A DNA stretch of 64,000 bases from Felis catus (GCF_018350175.1 NC_058381.1:8618001-8682000), one strand, 5' to 3'. Shown: positions 1 to 12,943, numbered from the stretch's first letter. A program made the numbers and translations. Notes: a model not told the origin generated them from the sequence alone.

Positions 1-216
1 GGCGAGTTTTCATTAATATTCTAAACATATTATTCAGTTGTGTGTTCTGAAAATTTTCGATTGCCTCCTATGTGTTTTTTTTCATTTCCTCCCAAACTTC
101 TGATCTCCCACGTACATAGTCAATAAATATCAAAGAGATAATGGTCTAGAAGGGAGCTCAGACATGGACATAAGTAATGATGCTAAATGAAAATCTTAAG
201 AAGTTAGCCAGCATCT

Positions 217-330
217 GGGCACCTGGGTGGCTCATTCGGTTAAACATCTGACTCCTGAACAGATGCACATGTAAGCACGTGCATGTGTGCTCTCTCAAAA
301 CAAACAAATGTTAAAAACCTAAAAAAAAAA
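217..330 (+). mobile_element. CanSINE, internally deleted
   Basis: GGGCACCTGGGTGGCTCA head, then jumps to CTCTCTCAAAA and A tail; diverged TSD aagaagtta...atct. Confidence 0.75.
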
Positions 331-2000
331 GAAGTTATGTAATATCTTAAAAAATATTGGGAAAAAATACCTTAATATCTTAAAAATCAAAATATCTTTA
401 AAAAAATGGGAAAGGAAAGGTTACCTCCAGTTGTGAAATTAAGGGAAACTTCACATAGAAGGGATGACATCTGCAGTGGGAGATGCTGGGGGGTTGGATA
501 TTCGGATTTGGAAGAAAGAACACTTCAGTTGGAGAGAACGGCGTGAGTAGAGGCAGACTGGTCCGAACGTGAGCGGTGGCTGTTGGTCTATAAACACACT
601 GCAGACAAAATGGTGGAACAGTGGCTCTCTGCCACCTGCACCCTCTGACCCCCCCCCCCTTACGCTTTGCTATCTACCTCCACGAACTTTGTAAGCGTTC
701 CGTTTCCCTAAATACTTCTGGGTGGACAGATTGCCCCTTCTCAAACTTCTGGAAGTAGTTGAAATACTTATCTCAGAAGTCTTGTGAATTTTAATTTGCA
801 GAAAGGGTCAACGCTCTTGAGTGATTTCGATTACAGAAACGCTGGTATTCAATGATGGGATACTGGTGAACGTCAAAGTCAAGAAAGGAAAAAAGAAAGA
901 AAAAACGCCCCCTTACCTCATGTAGGACCACGGACACGCCATCCCTCCCCTGGCTTGAGAACTAGAGGTGCCCTAGTCTCTTGGTCCACCTGTCCCTCTT
1001 TCCCAGACGGCCACCTGAATTGCACCGTTGACAAGGGCCTCACAGGGGAGCGGGGGGCGGGGGTGATTCCTCTGTGAATCAGGTATTCCCTTCCTCCCTA
1101 GAGTCAAGCTATCCCGGGAGATCCTGAGTCATAGACACAGGTGCAGGCAGGAAACTCAGACTCTGATCAACCCACTGTGCCAGCATGTGCTTCTTGGATG
1201 CCCATGTGACTCCCAAGCCTGCCTTTTTATCCAATTACACATTGCTGGAATCTTCTCTAGTCTCACTGAGAGAAGAACAAGACTAATAATGGCCGTCTTG
1301 TTTTTCCTGGGCCCTTGTTGCTGACTTCCTTTTTCCCTGGGGTCAGATCTGCTATAGTCACCACCGGCTTCCTCAGTTGACTTTGATCTTAGGCAGCCTC
1401 TTACCTTGGCCCTCCACCTTTCTTCGGTCTACCATCAATGTGGTCGCCATTACAACAGTCCGACACCCTCTGCTATTTTGATGAGATTATCAATATAAAG
1501 CAACCTTCGTTTCCAGTTCTCAGTTTGCTTCTCAATTTTGCTAGACTCACTGGGGATCCACCAAGCCATTTTCCTGCCTGGCAAGGGGATTGTGAAGGGG
1601 GAGGGTCTTTAAGGCAATACAGAAATGTGGAGGGAATCTCTGTGTGGGCCTGGCCCAGCCGCTGTGCCCTACGATCCTCTGCAAATAACGTACAGTCGTC
1701 AAAGGAGACTCTGCAAACGAGCGTCTCCTTCTGAAGGTTCAGTCCACTTTTTCCAGTTATCTTAGCAACGACACGTGAGCTCTCTTACTTTTTCATTTTT
1801 GTACCTCTTGTTAAGTTAGAAAGAACGTGTGTATCTTTTATATGGATCATAGCAAATCTAGGGGAAAAGAAAGACTTTTAAAACCCTGAAGTTCAGAAGT
1901 ATAATAATACATAATAAGGAAACTACTGACGAAAGGATTGGGATTATTTGTCTTAAACCATTTCTGAGTAAGCATCTAAGCTTTGCAGACATGTATTGAG

Positions 2001-2216
2001 TTTTTTTTTTATGTTTGTTTATTTAGTTTGATGGTGGGTGGGGAGAGAGAATGGTGGGGGGGGGGGGAGGGCAGAGGGAGGAGAGAGAATCCCAAGCAGG
2101 CTCTGCACGGTCAGCACAGAGCCGGATGCGGGGTTCAAACTCACGAACCATGGTATCATGACCCGAGTCAAAGTCAAGACTTGGATGTTTAGTTGACACA
2201 GCCACCCAAGTGCCCC
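2001..2216 (-). mobile_element. CanSINE (older subfamily)
   Basis: Poly-T, GA-rich linker, ends gccacccaagtgcccc; TSD-like atgtattgag/atatactgag. Confidence 0.9.
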
Positions 2217-3348
2217 AATATACTGAGATTTTTATATTTAATTCTTTCTTTCCCTTTCTGGTCTTACAAGATACTGCGCACAAAGCATCTAAAATAGTGT
2301 CCTACATGTACTCACTGAGCAACAAACGTTAGCGATTACGGCATTCTGCATTGCCGTTTAGACAGGAAAGCAGGGGCGCAAAGTGGAGGAATGGCCCCTT
2401 TCTCGTGTTCACATTGTTCCTAGAAGAAACTAAACGTGTGCCCAAGACACCTTAGCAGGCATGAGTAAATATGATACGTTGTCGGTTGTTTTATTTGGGG
2501 GGATCGTTATGTTTGGGAAGCGATGTGGAGAGGGGTCCCCTCCCCTGGGTTAGCCGTGCACCCCGTCTGCCATGAAAGGACACACAATTCAGCTCTACGA
2601 CCCTCCATGGCCAATGACGAGGAACTTGGGACAAAGGCCAGAAATTCTAATACCAGGGCTTAAAGAGCGCTTCCCGTCGATGTCCATCTTGTGAACTCCT
2701 GGCCAGTGGCCACCTAACCGTCAAAGAGGACCCACCCGCACGCCGTGAATCCCATTTTGGGGGGGTCTGACCCTGCCAGCCCTTTCGAATGTGGGAAAGT
2801 GACTCACTGCATAATTCAGGCACGATACTGTTACTTCTCTTCAGTGAGATTATTTACACCCATATTTTGCAGAGGATCTGGTCACGGGGCTGCATTTCTT
2901 CATTTAGAAGCCTGTCATCCCCACTGCCCCGTCTTTTCCTTACCCTTAGTGAGTGAAAAGGGAAGCATTTGGGCATGTATCCCACAAGCAAGTGAGTCCT
3001 GCTTAGCAAACAGAGACCATTTCCTCCCTGGGATGACACCTGTCATCCCAGACTACGGTGTGTGTGCCTCCCTAAAGACAGAAACTTCCCGTAAGTCTAG
3101 AGTGTTCTAGGAGATGCTACAGGAAACAGGCAGGCGCTTCTTCTCCCCTTCACCCCTAAGACGTGCCCAGGAAGAGGGCTCGAGCAGCCCACATTCTCTG
3201 ACATTCTAACGCCAGCACATTAAACATCATCGGGGAGAAAGGATCGCCAGTCACCTCAGCTTTGGCCCAGCTACTTTGGTACTTTGCCACGGTCAAGGTC
3301 TGAAATGCTGCATTTCCAGCCCTGGCCCAGAGCGATTTTAGCTCTCAG

Positions 3349-3512
3349 NNNNNNNNNNNNNNNNNNNNNNNNNNNNNNNNNNNNNNNNNNNNNNNNNNNN
3401 NNNNNNNNNNNNNNNNNNNNNNNNNNNNNNNNNNNNNNNNNNNNNNNNNNNNNNNNNNNNNNNNNNNNNNNNNNNNNNNNNNNNNNNNNNNNNNNNNNNN
3501 NNNNNNNNNNNN
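3349..3512. other. Assembly gap (N run)
   Basis: Run of N. Confidence 1.
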
Positions 3513-4197
3513 ATGCCCCCACCCCTTCTTCCTTTTGGACTCAAGACTTCCCCCTCCTTTGGCTGCTGCTGTAGCAAGATAAGATTGTGGTATTTCCCCG
3601 CGTCATCTACCAATCATACATTATCATAAGAAAGTGCCAGGCAGCCATCAGCCACAGCCCCTGATTTATGCTCAAAGTTCGGATTATCTATTCTGCTCCA
3701 AATCCCTTCAAACGGCCAACCTGATCAAAGAGAATCATATCCACCAGATAAAATTCGACTCTAGCTCCGTGGAATAGAATGACAGGCAGGATTTTTTTTT
3801 TTTTTTAATCTCCAAACTGCTTCAGCCCCCTCATTTTATCAAGAATCGTTCTTTATCCACAGCGCAGGACCCACTGAGCAACCTTATTGTCATTCTTGCA
3901 TATTTCCTGCTGGGTTCCGCGTGGGGGGCCATTTACGGGAGTTTGCTCCTGGGAAGAAGTCTTTGTCCATCCGCAGTGGCCTGCGTGGGGCAGGTGGTGA
4001 CGTGGTCTCCTACCGTATGTGTGCTCCAGGGCCAGGTAGATGAGAAACATTACAGGACTTGGGTTTAGTCTCACTGAACAACCAGTTGCTAACATCGACA
4101 GTGTGTAACCGAGAGAAAGCCAAGATTGAAAAGTAGGGTCTTGCATCCGGGGGGCCATCGCGGTGACAAAATTAAAGTGAATCCCCTTTTAATCCGG

Positions 4198-4330
4198 CCA
4201 TTCACTTCGTTCGCTCGGCAAATATTTATTGAATGTCTTACGGGCCAGGCTCCGGTGAGCCAAAGAAGTGTATCAGGGAGGAGCTTCGTACCTAAGAAAG
4301 AACGATGTAACTGGGGAATTGAATAAAAAC
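4198..4330 (-). mobile_element. L2 3' end fragment
   Basis: cattcacttcgttc...caaatatttattgaatgtctta...ccagg resembles the reverse complement of the L2 tail. Confidence 0.6.
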
Positions 4331-5818
4331 AGAGATGTCTGGTCCCACAGTGGAATCTGAGCCCAGCGAGTGCCAGGACCCCCAAACTCCTGGGGGAGTA
4401 GACCAAACAATCTAGCATAGACCTTAGGGGAAAATGCCTATTGCTCCTGGAAACTAAGGAAGAATTGTATCCGGTGCCAGAGACTTTGTGGGATTCCTGC
4501 AAAATATAGAGCAGGCAAGGGTAGGTGGAGGTAAGGGGTTACTAACATGCAAGTCGCCACTCTTGGAGGGAAAATGTTACTGAGAGAGGAAGGAGAGGAA
4601 ACCTCACTATTTTGAATCAGCGGGGACCGCGGGCAAAAATAAACCACAGAGAAATTGCCTGCTGGCGGCCGGGAATGCGGAACCCTCTGGAGGCCTCAGA
4701 CAGCACACTGAGATCAGATACATGCGGGGGGGCTGGGATCCCACCTGAGGAATGTTGGCTATTCTAGACTCGGTGGCATAGTCACTGAAGACAGTGTGGT
4801 TGGCGAGTCCGGCTCCCTCCCTTTCGGGAAACGTGCAGGATTTCAAAAACCCAGTAGGGCGCTGAAGGCACGGAAGCCAGTGTTTCACTCGCGCTCGATT
4901 TCCTGAAAGCCACAAAGTAAAGCTTTATGATATAAAAAAACAAAAAACCTCCTTCCAATGGCATCGTAGGAGACATTGTACGACGGAGACAGAACTAAGC
5001 ACAGAGCTCATCTTGTCTCATGTCATCTAATTACATATCTCATCAGAAGAGAGATCACAGAGCGTTATTTTATTCTCGACCCTGGCACAGAAATGTAAGT
5101 TCAGGGGTTGTTGGCTTGGGTTGGATTGGGTTCGGTTCCTTGCTTTGAATGGCTCCCAGTGCCGGAATAAAAGCATGCGCTAACGATCTGGTGTCTTAAG
5201 GTTGTTCAAGTCTAAGATGCCGCATTCTGAATCGCCAGCTTTGGTTAGAAGGGCAAAGTCGACCTACTTGACCCCCTGCTCCTCCCTCACGATTTCCACC
5301 GATGCTGAGCAAACCCACGGCGTAAGGAAAACTGTATCTCACCGCTACAGCCTAAGAAATGGCTCTCCCGTTAGCTGGAATTTCACGGGGGTTCCGCAGG
5401 GGGAAAAAAGCAAAGGCGAGAGATCACGGAATGGAAAAGCCAAACCCCTCTCCGAGAAAAGTGGAAGGAAGGGGGAGCCCACCGAGGGAGAAAGTGAGGA
5501 TCTATTTCTCACCAGTAACACCCACTGATTCCAAATCTAGGACTGACGAGCCCTGTTTGCAGCTCCAGCCCGTGAGATCACAGGGGTGCTGAGGTACCAA
5601 AGCTCAGGTCGCTAAGAGACAGCGATGGGGCCAGACCGAAGGTCGATCACTGGGTCACCTGGGTTCCCCTGGAGGTGGGGGCCCAGGCCCTGCCCAAGCG
5701 GACTTTGTCCCAGCCCACTTGGGGCTCCCGATGGGACAGGTGGCTCCCGAAGAGTTGTGTAGAGTCTGTGAGGGAACCTATCTCTGCCCCCCCAGAGCAA
5801 AAAAAACCTCCCAGGCTA

Positions 5819-6113
5819 CAAATGTCACTCAAGAATTTGTCAAATAGAAGCTGTTTCCTTAAAGCTGTCATTCAAATGTCACCACATCAGATAGTCCTTC
5901 CCTGATTACCACATCTAAAATGGCACCCCCCGTCCCCCGTAGCACTTTTGAGCCCCTTGCCCTGTTTTATTACTTTTCTGCATACCAAATAGACACAAAA
6001 ATCCACTTCTGTTTTCTCGATTATATTGCCCAACAACACTATTCTACCACCGTTTCAAAACACATCAGAGGCTAAGCTTTACGAGGATAGTAAATGAGCC
6101 CTGACGCAAGTCA
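5819..6113 (+). repeat. Local direct duplication, copy A (contains short L2 piece)
   Basis: Colinear with 9935-10239; 71/81 identities over 5826-5906 vs 9944-10024 by manual alignment. Confidence 0.9.
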
Positions 6114-6254
6114 GAGGTGAGAAGGAAAGGTAATTGGAATGTTTCCCTGAACTTTTGGAGCAAATATCTCCTACCTTCCCTCCCTGTCCCTGATGAGATC
6201 GTTCTGTAAGAAACAAACAAAAGACATTCTCATAACTCTTTTAATTGGGAATAA

Positions 6255-6524
6255 TTTTAAAGTTGATTTATTTATTTTAAGAGAGAGAGAGAGAGAGAGC
6301 ACGGGTGTGCCCGTGCATGCACGCACGCCCACACACACACACACACGCACACACACACGCTCGCGGACAAGGGGCAGAGAGTGAGGGAGAGAGAGAATCC
6401 CAAGCAGGCTCCACACTGTCAGGGCAGAGCCTGACACGGGGCTCGATCCCACGAACTGGGAGATCACGACCTAAGCTGAAATCAAGAGGGGGACGCTTAA
6501 CCGACTGAGCCACCGAGGCACCCC
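6255..6524 (-). mobile_element. CanSINE with (CA)n/(GA)n expansion
   Basis: Ends gagccaccgaggcacccc; inserted at the end of an old L1. Confidence 0.9.
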
Positions 6525-6529
6525 TACTG

Positions 6530-7730
6530 ACGCATAATTTCAAGTTTACAGAAAAGTTGTGAAGATAATGCAGTGTTCCTGCACACTGCTCCTTTGGTTT
6601 CCTTTAATGTTAGCACCTTCCCTTAATGAGTAAGTTATTAGTAACCAAACCCCATGCGTTATTTGGTCTTCACCAGTTTTTTGACTAAAGACCCTTTTTT
6701 GCTCCAAGCCCATTCATTGTTCAGTCACTGTGTCTCCTTAGTTTCCTCTGGTCAGTGACAGTTTCTCAGTCTTCTAAAACCTTGATGTTTTCCTACTTGG
6801 TATTTTATGGAATGACTCTCAATTTGAGCTTGTCTGTTTTTCTTATGATTAAACTGGGCATGTGGGTTGGGGGAGAAAATACCACATAGGTAGAGCGCCC
6901 TTCTCGTCAGACCCTCTCAGGGGCACGTGTTATCAACATGGCTTCCCACTGGTGATGTTAACCTTGACCCTCTGGTTAAAGTAGTGGGCACCAGGTTTCT
7001 TCACTGTAAAGCGACTAGTGTTTCTCTTCCATATTCTGTCCGTTGGAAATGAGTCTCGAAGTCCAACGTATACTCAAGAAGTGGGGCTAAATAAGTTCCA
7101 CTCCTGCCGTTGGTGTATCTACATACGTTACCTGGGATTTTTCTTTTCTTTTTTTAATTTTTTTAAGTTTATTTCTTTTTCTCAGAGAGAGACAGAGACA
7201 GAGACAGAGCATGGGTGGGGGAGGGGCAGAGAAAGGGAGACACAGAATCGGAAGCAGGCTCCAGGCTCGGAGCTGTCAGCACAGAGCCCGACGCGGGGCT
7301 GGAACTCATGGACCGCGAGATCACGACCTGAGCCAAAGTCGGATGCCCAACCGATTGAGCCACCAAGGCACCCAACCTGGGATTTTTCTTTAAAGAAGAT
7401 TTGTCTTTCCTCCCATTTCTTTATTTGTTCCCTTATTTATATCATGTATATGTATACTTTGGGTTATAATTCAATACTATTTTCTCTATTTGTTGCTTAA
7501 GTTACTTCAGCTCTAACCATTTGGGGTTCTTTCAAAGGGCCGAATTCTGCGTCCCATGCCTCCATTCTTCGTTCCCCCCTCAACACTTCTTTTTTCTATC
7601 GCTAGAAGACACTCCAGCCCTATCGTGTATTTTCCTGTCTAAGCCCAAGAAAAATCCACTTCTTAAGGGCTCTCTTGTCCCTCTTACTAGAGAATGGTTT
7701 TTAGAAACCAAGATCCATGCTGAAGAGTTC
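6530..7730 (-). mobile_element. Ancient L1 3' UTR relic (L1MC/L1MD-like), split by a SINE
   Basis: ataatttcaagtttacagaaaagttg, ggtgatgttaaccttgacc and gagaatggtttttagaaaccaagatc resemble antisense L1M 3' UTR. Confidence 0.7.
7146..7374 (-). mobile_element. CanSINE (SINEC_Fc type)
   Basis: Full body; TSD acctgggatttttctt at 7130 and 7375. Confidence 0.95.
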
Positions 7731-7769
7731 AATGACTCTAAAACTCCCTAACGACTGCCTTTGCAGTTC

Positions 7770-8450
7770 CCTAGTCCCTGGCCACTGATGATCTGTTTTC
7801 CATTTTTATAGTCTTGCCTTTTCTAAAAAATTATGTAAGTGGGATCATATACTGGATAGACTTTGAGGTCTGGATTCTTTCACTTAGCAAGATGCATTTA
7901 TGATTTCGCATGCTGCTGTGTGAATCGATCGCTAGTCCTTTTTTTTTTTTAATTTTTTTTCAACATTTATTTATTTTTGGGACAGAGAGAGACAGAGCAT
8001 GAACGGAGGAGGGGCAGAGAGAGAGGGAGACACAGAATCGGAAACAGGCTCCAGGTTCTGAGCCATCAGCCCAGAGCCCGACGCGGGGCTCGAACTCACG
8101 AACCGCGAGATCGTGACCTGGCTGAAGTCGGACGCTTAACCGACTGCGCCACCCAGGCGCCCCATCGATCGCTAGTCCTTTTTATTGCTGGCTAGTATTC
8201 TGTTGTATGGATGTACCACAGTTTATTGACTGACCTTTAGAAGATTATATTGATCGCTTCCAGTTTTTGTTAATTATGGATTATGGGTTGTGTTGATGCT
8301 GGCTGCTAGAAATACTTGTATGCAGGTCTTTGTGTGAACATAAGCTTTTCATTCACTTAGGTAAATATTGAAGAGTGGCCTTTCTGGGTTGTAGGGTAAC
8401 TTTACAAAGAGCTGTCAAACTCTCTCCCAGAGTGGCTGTATCATTTTGCA
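7770..8450 (-). mobile_element. Ancient L1 (L1M) 3' region relic, split by a SINE
   Basis: ccactgatgatctg...ttcacttagca...tggatgtaccacagttta...ccagagtggctgtatcattttgca, typical antisense L1M. Confidence 0.75.
7939..8163 (-). mobile_element. Young felid SINEC_Fc
   Basis: Near-consensus with intact Pol III A/B boxes; perfect TSD atcgatcgctagtcctt. Confidence 0.97.
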
Positions 8451-8699
8451 AGAGAGTCTTTTCTTTTTACTTTCTGCTCTCAGCAAAATTCAATGTTGAT
8501 CAAGCAGAATCAGGCCAACGTGAATAAATGAACAACTGGAAAGTAGAACAAAGTGCAAAAACTCAAATTAGTGAGCTAGGCTATCAATGCATGAAGTCTC
8601 TCCTGAGTATAGATGAAGAATATAAGAGATAAATATTATGAGAGAAAATGTATCAGCTTCATGAATAGATCAAGTTAATCTGATAAATACTCCTCCATA

Positions 8700-9900
8700 A
8701 AATAGTCTTTCCCAAAGGTAAGAGCAGACCCATGCTACACAAATAGTCACAAAGTTTCTTAACTGAATTAGAGAACAGAAGACCTGGAGAATTCATTAGT
8801 TGAATCGAGAACTGTTTCCAAAAGCAATTAAACGGTAGAAGTAGTCATTTTATCCTAATCAAGAATAAAGAAGATACAAATACATGAAGAAGTGGATACA
8901 GAGAAAATTCAATAAAATAGTAAGTAGTTTATACAACTCTATCTGATATATTTTAAAAAATGGATGAAATAGGTCGTTTTAGCATAAAATAGAATTTTTA
9001 AAAACGTTCTCAAAAATGAAATTAGAGCTCTGAATGTGGCTATAGCCTTGAAAGAAAATGTAAGATGCAAGAAAGTGCCGCCTTTGAGAACAACACCAAC
9101 TCGAAAGGACGCAGGAGTCATTTTTTTCCCCAAAGCTTTAAGCACCACGTACGACATACGCTATTTAAACTGTGCTGGGACATACGAGCAAAGGAGCTTT
9201 TTGATTCTTTTGTGGATCTCAGATAGCTCTGATTCAACACTTTGTCAAAGCAAAGAAAGGGGCTTTTCATCAATCTTGCTGGTGAGGGTAAATATGCACG
9301 TTCTAAGTAACACAAACAGACTCCGGGAGTGTACTAACAGAAATACACATCACCCTCAAGCAGAACCAACTCTAGGATCATAAGGACCCTCGGAATTGGG
9401 ATCATGGAATCACCTCGCCATTAGATACAGGAAGGCATGTTTTATCTTGCGGAGGCTCAAGCGCATGTGATAAAACGCGACACCTTTTCGCCGCAGGACA
9501 AGGCAAAACTCTTGGTAAACTTGATATAATTGAGAAGATACGAAACTAGGCAGCAGGATCCAGATCATGCTTGCAGATGACACATTGGCTGTATTTCCAC
9601 GAAATCAAGAAATAACACACACCTGTGATTTCTAGTGTATTGCTTTGCAAGTGATTCAAAAAAAAAAAGTATAAGAAGCCAAGAAAGGAAATAAAATTTG
9701 GAGTAAAAAAAAACCAAAAATCGCATCTGTTCCTGTTCATTCTGGCACACGCAGAGCTAAATATTCTGCGTAAGAGAAGGACTATCTCAGTGTCTCTAAT
9801 CTTTTGAGGAACAGCTGGTGTCATCTATCATTTCCTCAAGGGTTCAGTAATTTGAGGGAAATTGGGTAAATGGACATAGGACGGAGAAGACCAGGTAAAA
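8700..9900 (+). mobile_element. Highly decayed L1 ORF2-like relic
   Basis: A-rich with L1-like motifs (tggatgaaataggtcgttttagca, ttgcagatgacacattg); no intact frame. Confidence 0.5.
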
Positions 9901-9934
9901 GGCAGAAAAGTCAAACGGAGTTGCACGCGTTCGC

Positions 9935-10239
9935 CAAATCGGCCACTCGAGAATTCGTAAAATAGAAGCTATGTCCTTAAGGCTGTCATTCAAACGTCAC
10001 GACATCAGACGGTCCTTCCCTGATGCCGCGTCTAAATTGGCATCCCCCTCGCCCGCTAGCCCTTTCTAGCCCCTTGCCCTGTTTTATTACCTTTCTGCAA
10101 TAACAAATGGCCTTACTGCCACAAAAATGCATTTCTGTTTTTGCGATTATCTTGCACCACAACCCTATTCCACCCCCATTTCAGAACACGCTAGAAGCTA
10201 AGCTCTACGAGGATAGTAACTGAGCCGTGAGGTAAGCCA
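9935..10239 (+). repeat. Local direct duplication, copy B
   Basis: Colinear with 5819-6113, including the non-L2 flanks aatagaagct and acgaggatagtaa. Confidence 0.9.
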
Positions 10240-10279
10240 TCTGAAAGCCATCTGAAAGAAGATGTGAGCCATGTGAAAG

Positions 10280-12050
10280 AAGATGGTCACATCTTGAAGG
10301 AAACAGCAAGTGAAAGTCCCCGAGGAGGGCCAACACCCTCAGTGATTGAGAAACAGCCTAGGGAGCGGTGTTGCCTAGAGTAGAGCCGGGGAGAGATGTG
10401 TGGGACATGAGGTTCCAGAGGTAGCCAGCAGCAAATGTATGTAGGACCTTGTAATCCGTGGTGAGAAACCTAGATCGTAATCTAATTAAGATGGGAAGCT
10501 TCCCCCCACCCCCACCCCAAGCATAGAAGGGACAGCTAGCGAGTGTTAACTCTCTGTCTTCTCTGCAAAGAATAGGCTATAAAGAGAGGAGATGTTTCGA
10601 AAATTATTGAAATAGTTCAGGGTGAGACCCTTGTGGTATCGGTGGAGGTGGTGAGAGGTGGCCAAACTTCCGATAGACTCTCAAAACAGAGCTGATAGAA
10701 TTCGCCGATGGGTTGGATTCTGAGTATCAAAAAGAAAGATGTCAAGGAGGACTGAGGTTTTGTGCTCGAGCAACTGAAAGAATCCTGTTGACATTGCCGA
10801 GATCCTAAAGACGAGGAGAGGAGCGCCTTGGGTGTATTCATTTGCTTTTGGTTTCATTTGAAGAGAGAGGTAGGCAGAAATCAAGGGTGCAGTCGTGGGC
10901 ATGTTGAGTTTGAGATGTCTATGATACATACATATGGAGATACACAAGAAACCACTGGGTACCCCAAGTTCAAGTTGAAGGAAGATGTTAGGATTGAGAT
11001 ATAAATGTAGGAGTTATCAGCCCATTAATATAAAGCTGTGGGAATGGGGGCACTTTGGTGGCTCAGCTGGTTAAGCGTTCGACTTCAGCGCAGGTCATGA
11101 CCTCGGGGTCATGACCTCGAGCCCCGCATCGGGCTCTGCGCTGACAGCTCAGCGCCTGGCGCCTGCTTCGGATTCTGTGTCTCCCTCTCGCTGCCCCTCC
11201 CAGCTCACCCTATGTCTCTGCCTCTCTCCCCCTGTCTCGCAAAAGTAAATAAACATTAAAACAAAATGAAAACAAAAAATCCATGGGAATGGATAAAGTC
11301 GCCCAGGCATGAGTGAGACTGGAGAAGAGGTCCAAGGACAGAGCCTGGAGAACTGCCCCACTTAGATGGGGAAGAGGAGGGGCCATCATCAAAAAAAAAA
11401 AAGACTGAAAAGGAGGGAATCCAGGAGCCCTTGGTGCCCTAGAAGCCAAGTGAAGGAAGTGTCTCGGAAGAGGGAGCCATTAACCGCATCGACTGCTGCC
11501 GTTACGTTCCGTAAGATGAAGACAGAAAAATGACCACCGGATTCTTGCAACACAAAGGTGACCTGAAGAAAGAACTTTCCGCGGAGTGGTCTGATTGGAG
11601 CGACCTGGAGGAGGACACAGGAGTAGCTATGGATGCAGCAAGTAGAGAAAACATCCCGGAGCAGCTCCACAGTAGGGGCTCGTAGAGAAACAGGACGGGG
11701 ACCGGAGAAGTCTGCGTGGTCCAGGGAGGCTTTTATGAGATAGGAGATGTAGCATTTTTATATGCTGAGGGGAATGAGCCGGGAGATGGGGGAAACGGAT
11801 GACAAAGGAAAAGGAGACCAGTTACAGGAGGCACGCTCTTAACGAGGCAAAAGAATCGGAGGCTCGGTAGACAAATGGAGGGAAAGACCTTTGATCAGAA
11901 AACGGTTCCTCCTTAACATTAGGAAGGAAGGTGGCGCATACGGGTAGAGGGGCAGGTAGGTGGGTCCTCTCCTTTGGTCGCGTCTCTTCTCTGACATAAA
12001 GGAGGAGACGTTGGAGGTCTGGTAGTCGTGTTGGAAACTGGGGGCCGGCA
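10280..12050 (-). mobile_element. Long L2 LINE relic with RT remnants, split by a SINE
   Basis: Minus-strand ORF pieces HRHLKLNM (10681-10947) and GHFSVFILRNVTAAVDAVNGSL (11389-11670) resemble L2/CR1-clade RT motifs HLKLNMSKTE and LDLSAAFDTVDH. Confidence 0.85.
11046..11279 (+). mobile_element. CanSINE inserted in L2
   Basis: Full body, small internal duplication ggtcatgacctcg; TSD-like tgggaat. Confidence 0.9.
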
Positions 12051-12943
12051 TTGACCACAGAAATGTAGGGCCATCTATGCATTTGACGTTATGGTCCCAC
12101 ATTACGGTCACATGAAATGAAATGAGTCAGCATTGTTCTTGCATCTAACCTTGTGAGTTTGCATAGGGACAGGCTCTGCATTGTGCCATCGTCAAGAGGA
12201 ATTGAATTGGTTTGTCCAAGTCCCATGTGCACGTGGTGGTAGAAACTGGGTTTTCTAATTCCTGTTTAGGCTCTGCTCTATATAAACATTCAAAACCGTA
12301 GGAATGCTGTTCGGATATTCCTTTCATTTTGGCTTTCTTTCTTTTACTGTTTTTACACTACCCCGTTTTCTTATCCAGGGAATAGAGAATAGTCTGACCG
12401 CTCAGAATAATGACACTCTCTGTATTATCACCATGATTTTCAACTTTCTTTGGGGTTACTTTCTGCAGGGCAACTATAATATACAGCACAAGCAGAAAAA
12501 GCCAAAGAACTATTTATAGCATTACTCTAAATTCCAAGTTCCAAATCACTGGCTTTGAAATAAACTGTTGGCATTAAATCCGCGGATAAGAGATCTCTAT
12601 ATATGGAAATCCAGTGAAACCCAAGTGCCCACTACATCATGATTCCGGCTCCTTCTGAGTATATCATCTTTATCCATTCCAACTAGAATGTCTCTTTCCA
12701 CGTCTCCAAATAGTCCAGACGAGTCTGGGACCCGTATACCTGAGGCTGTACCTGAGGCTGTGTAAGATTCCTCGGCACGGATCCTTCATGGTCAGGAAAA
12801 AGAATTCCACTTACTAACTGGTGCTGAACAGTCAGTATTAATCAAAAAAATCATTGGGCATATTTGCGTGAAACTTCATGCTTTCACTTCGAAAGGATCT
12901 CTCATATACGTCGTGTTTTTTCTATGGCTTCAATGCAAAACAA

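Noticed and set aside
1400-1475. Minus-strand ATG-containing exon-like segment (MATTLMVDRRKVEGQ) before a GTAAG donor
   Set aside because: Poor acceptor, no partner exon, peptide not recognised
3271-3613. ORFs containing X runs (also 45552-45800)
   Set aside because: Artefacts of N gaps
7018-7500. ORFs with GRGRERETQNRKQAPGSELSAQSP-like peptides (also 7977, 18744, 21734, 51597)
   Set aside because: Translations of CanSINE bodies, not genes
10236-10285. Short tandem duplications (ccatctgaaag twice; similar at ~12737, ~26661, ~56288, ~56732)
   Set aside because: Ordinary slippage duplications; no spacer-repeat (CRISPR-like) architecture
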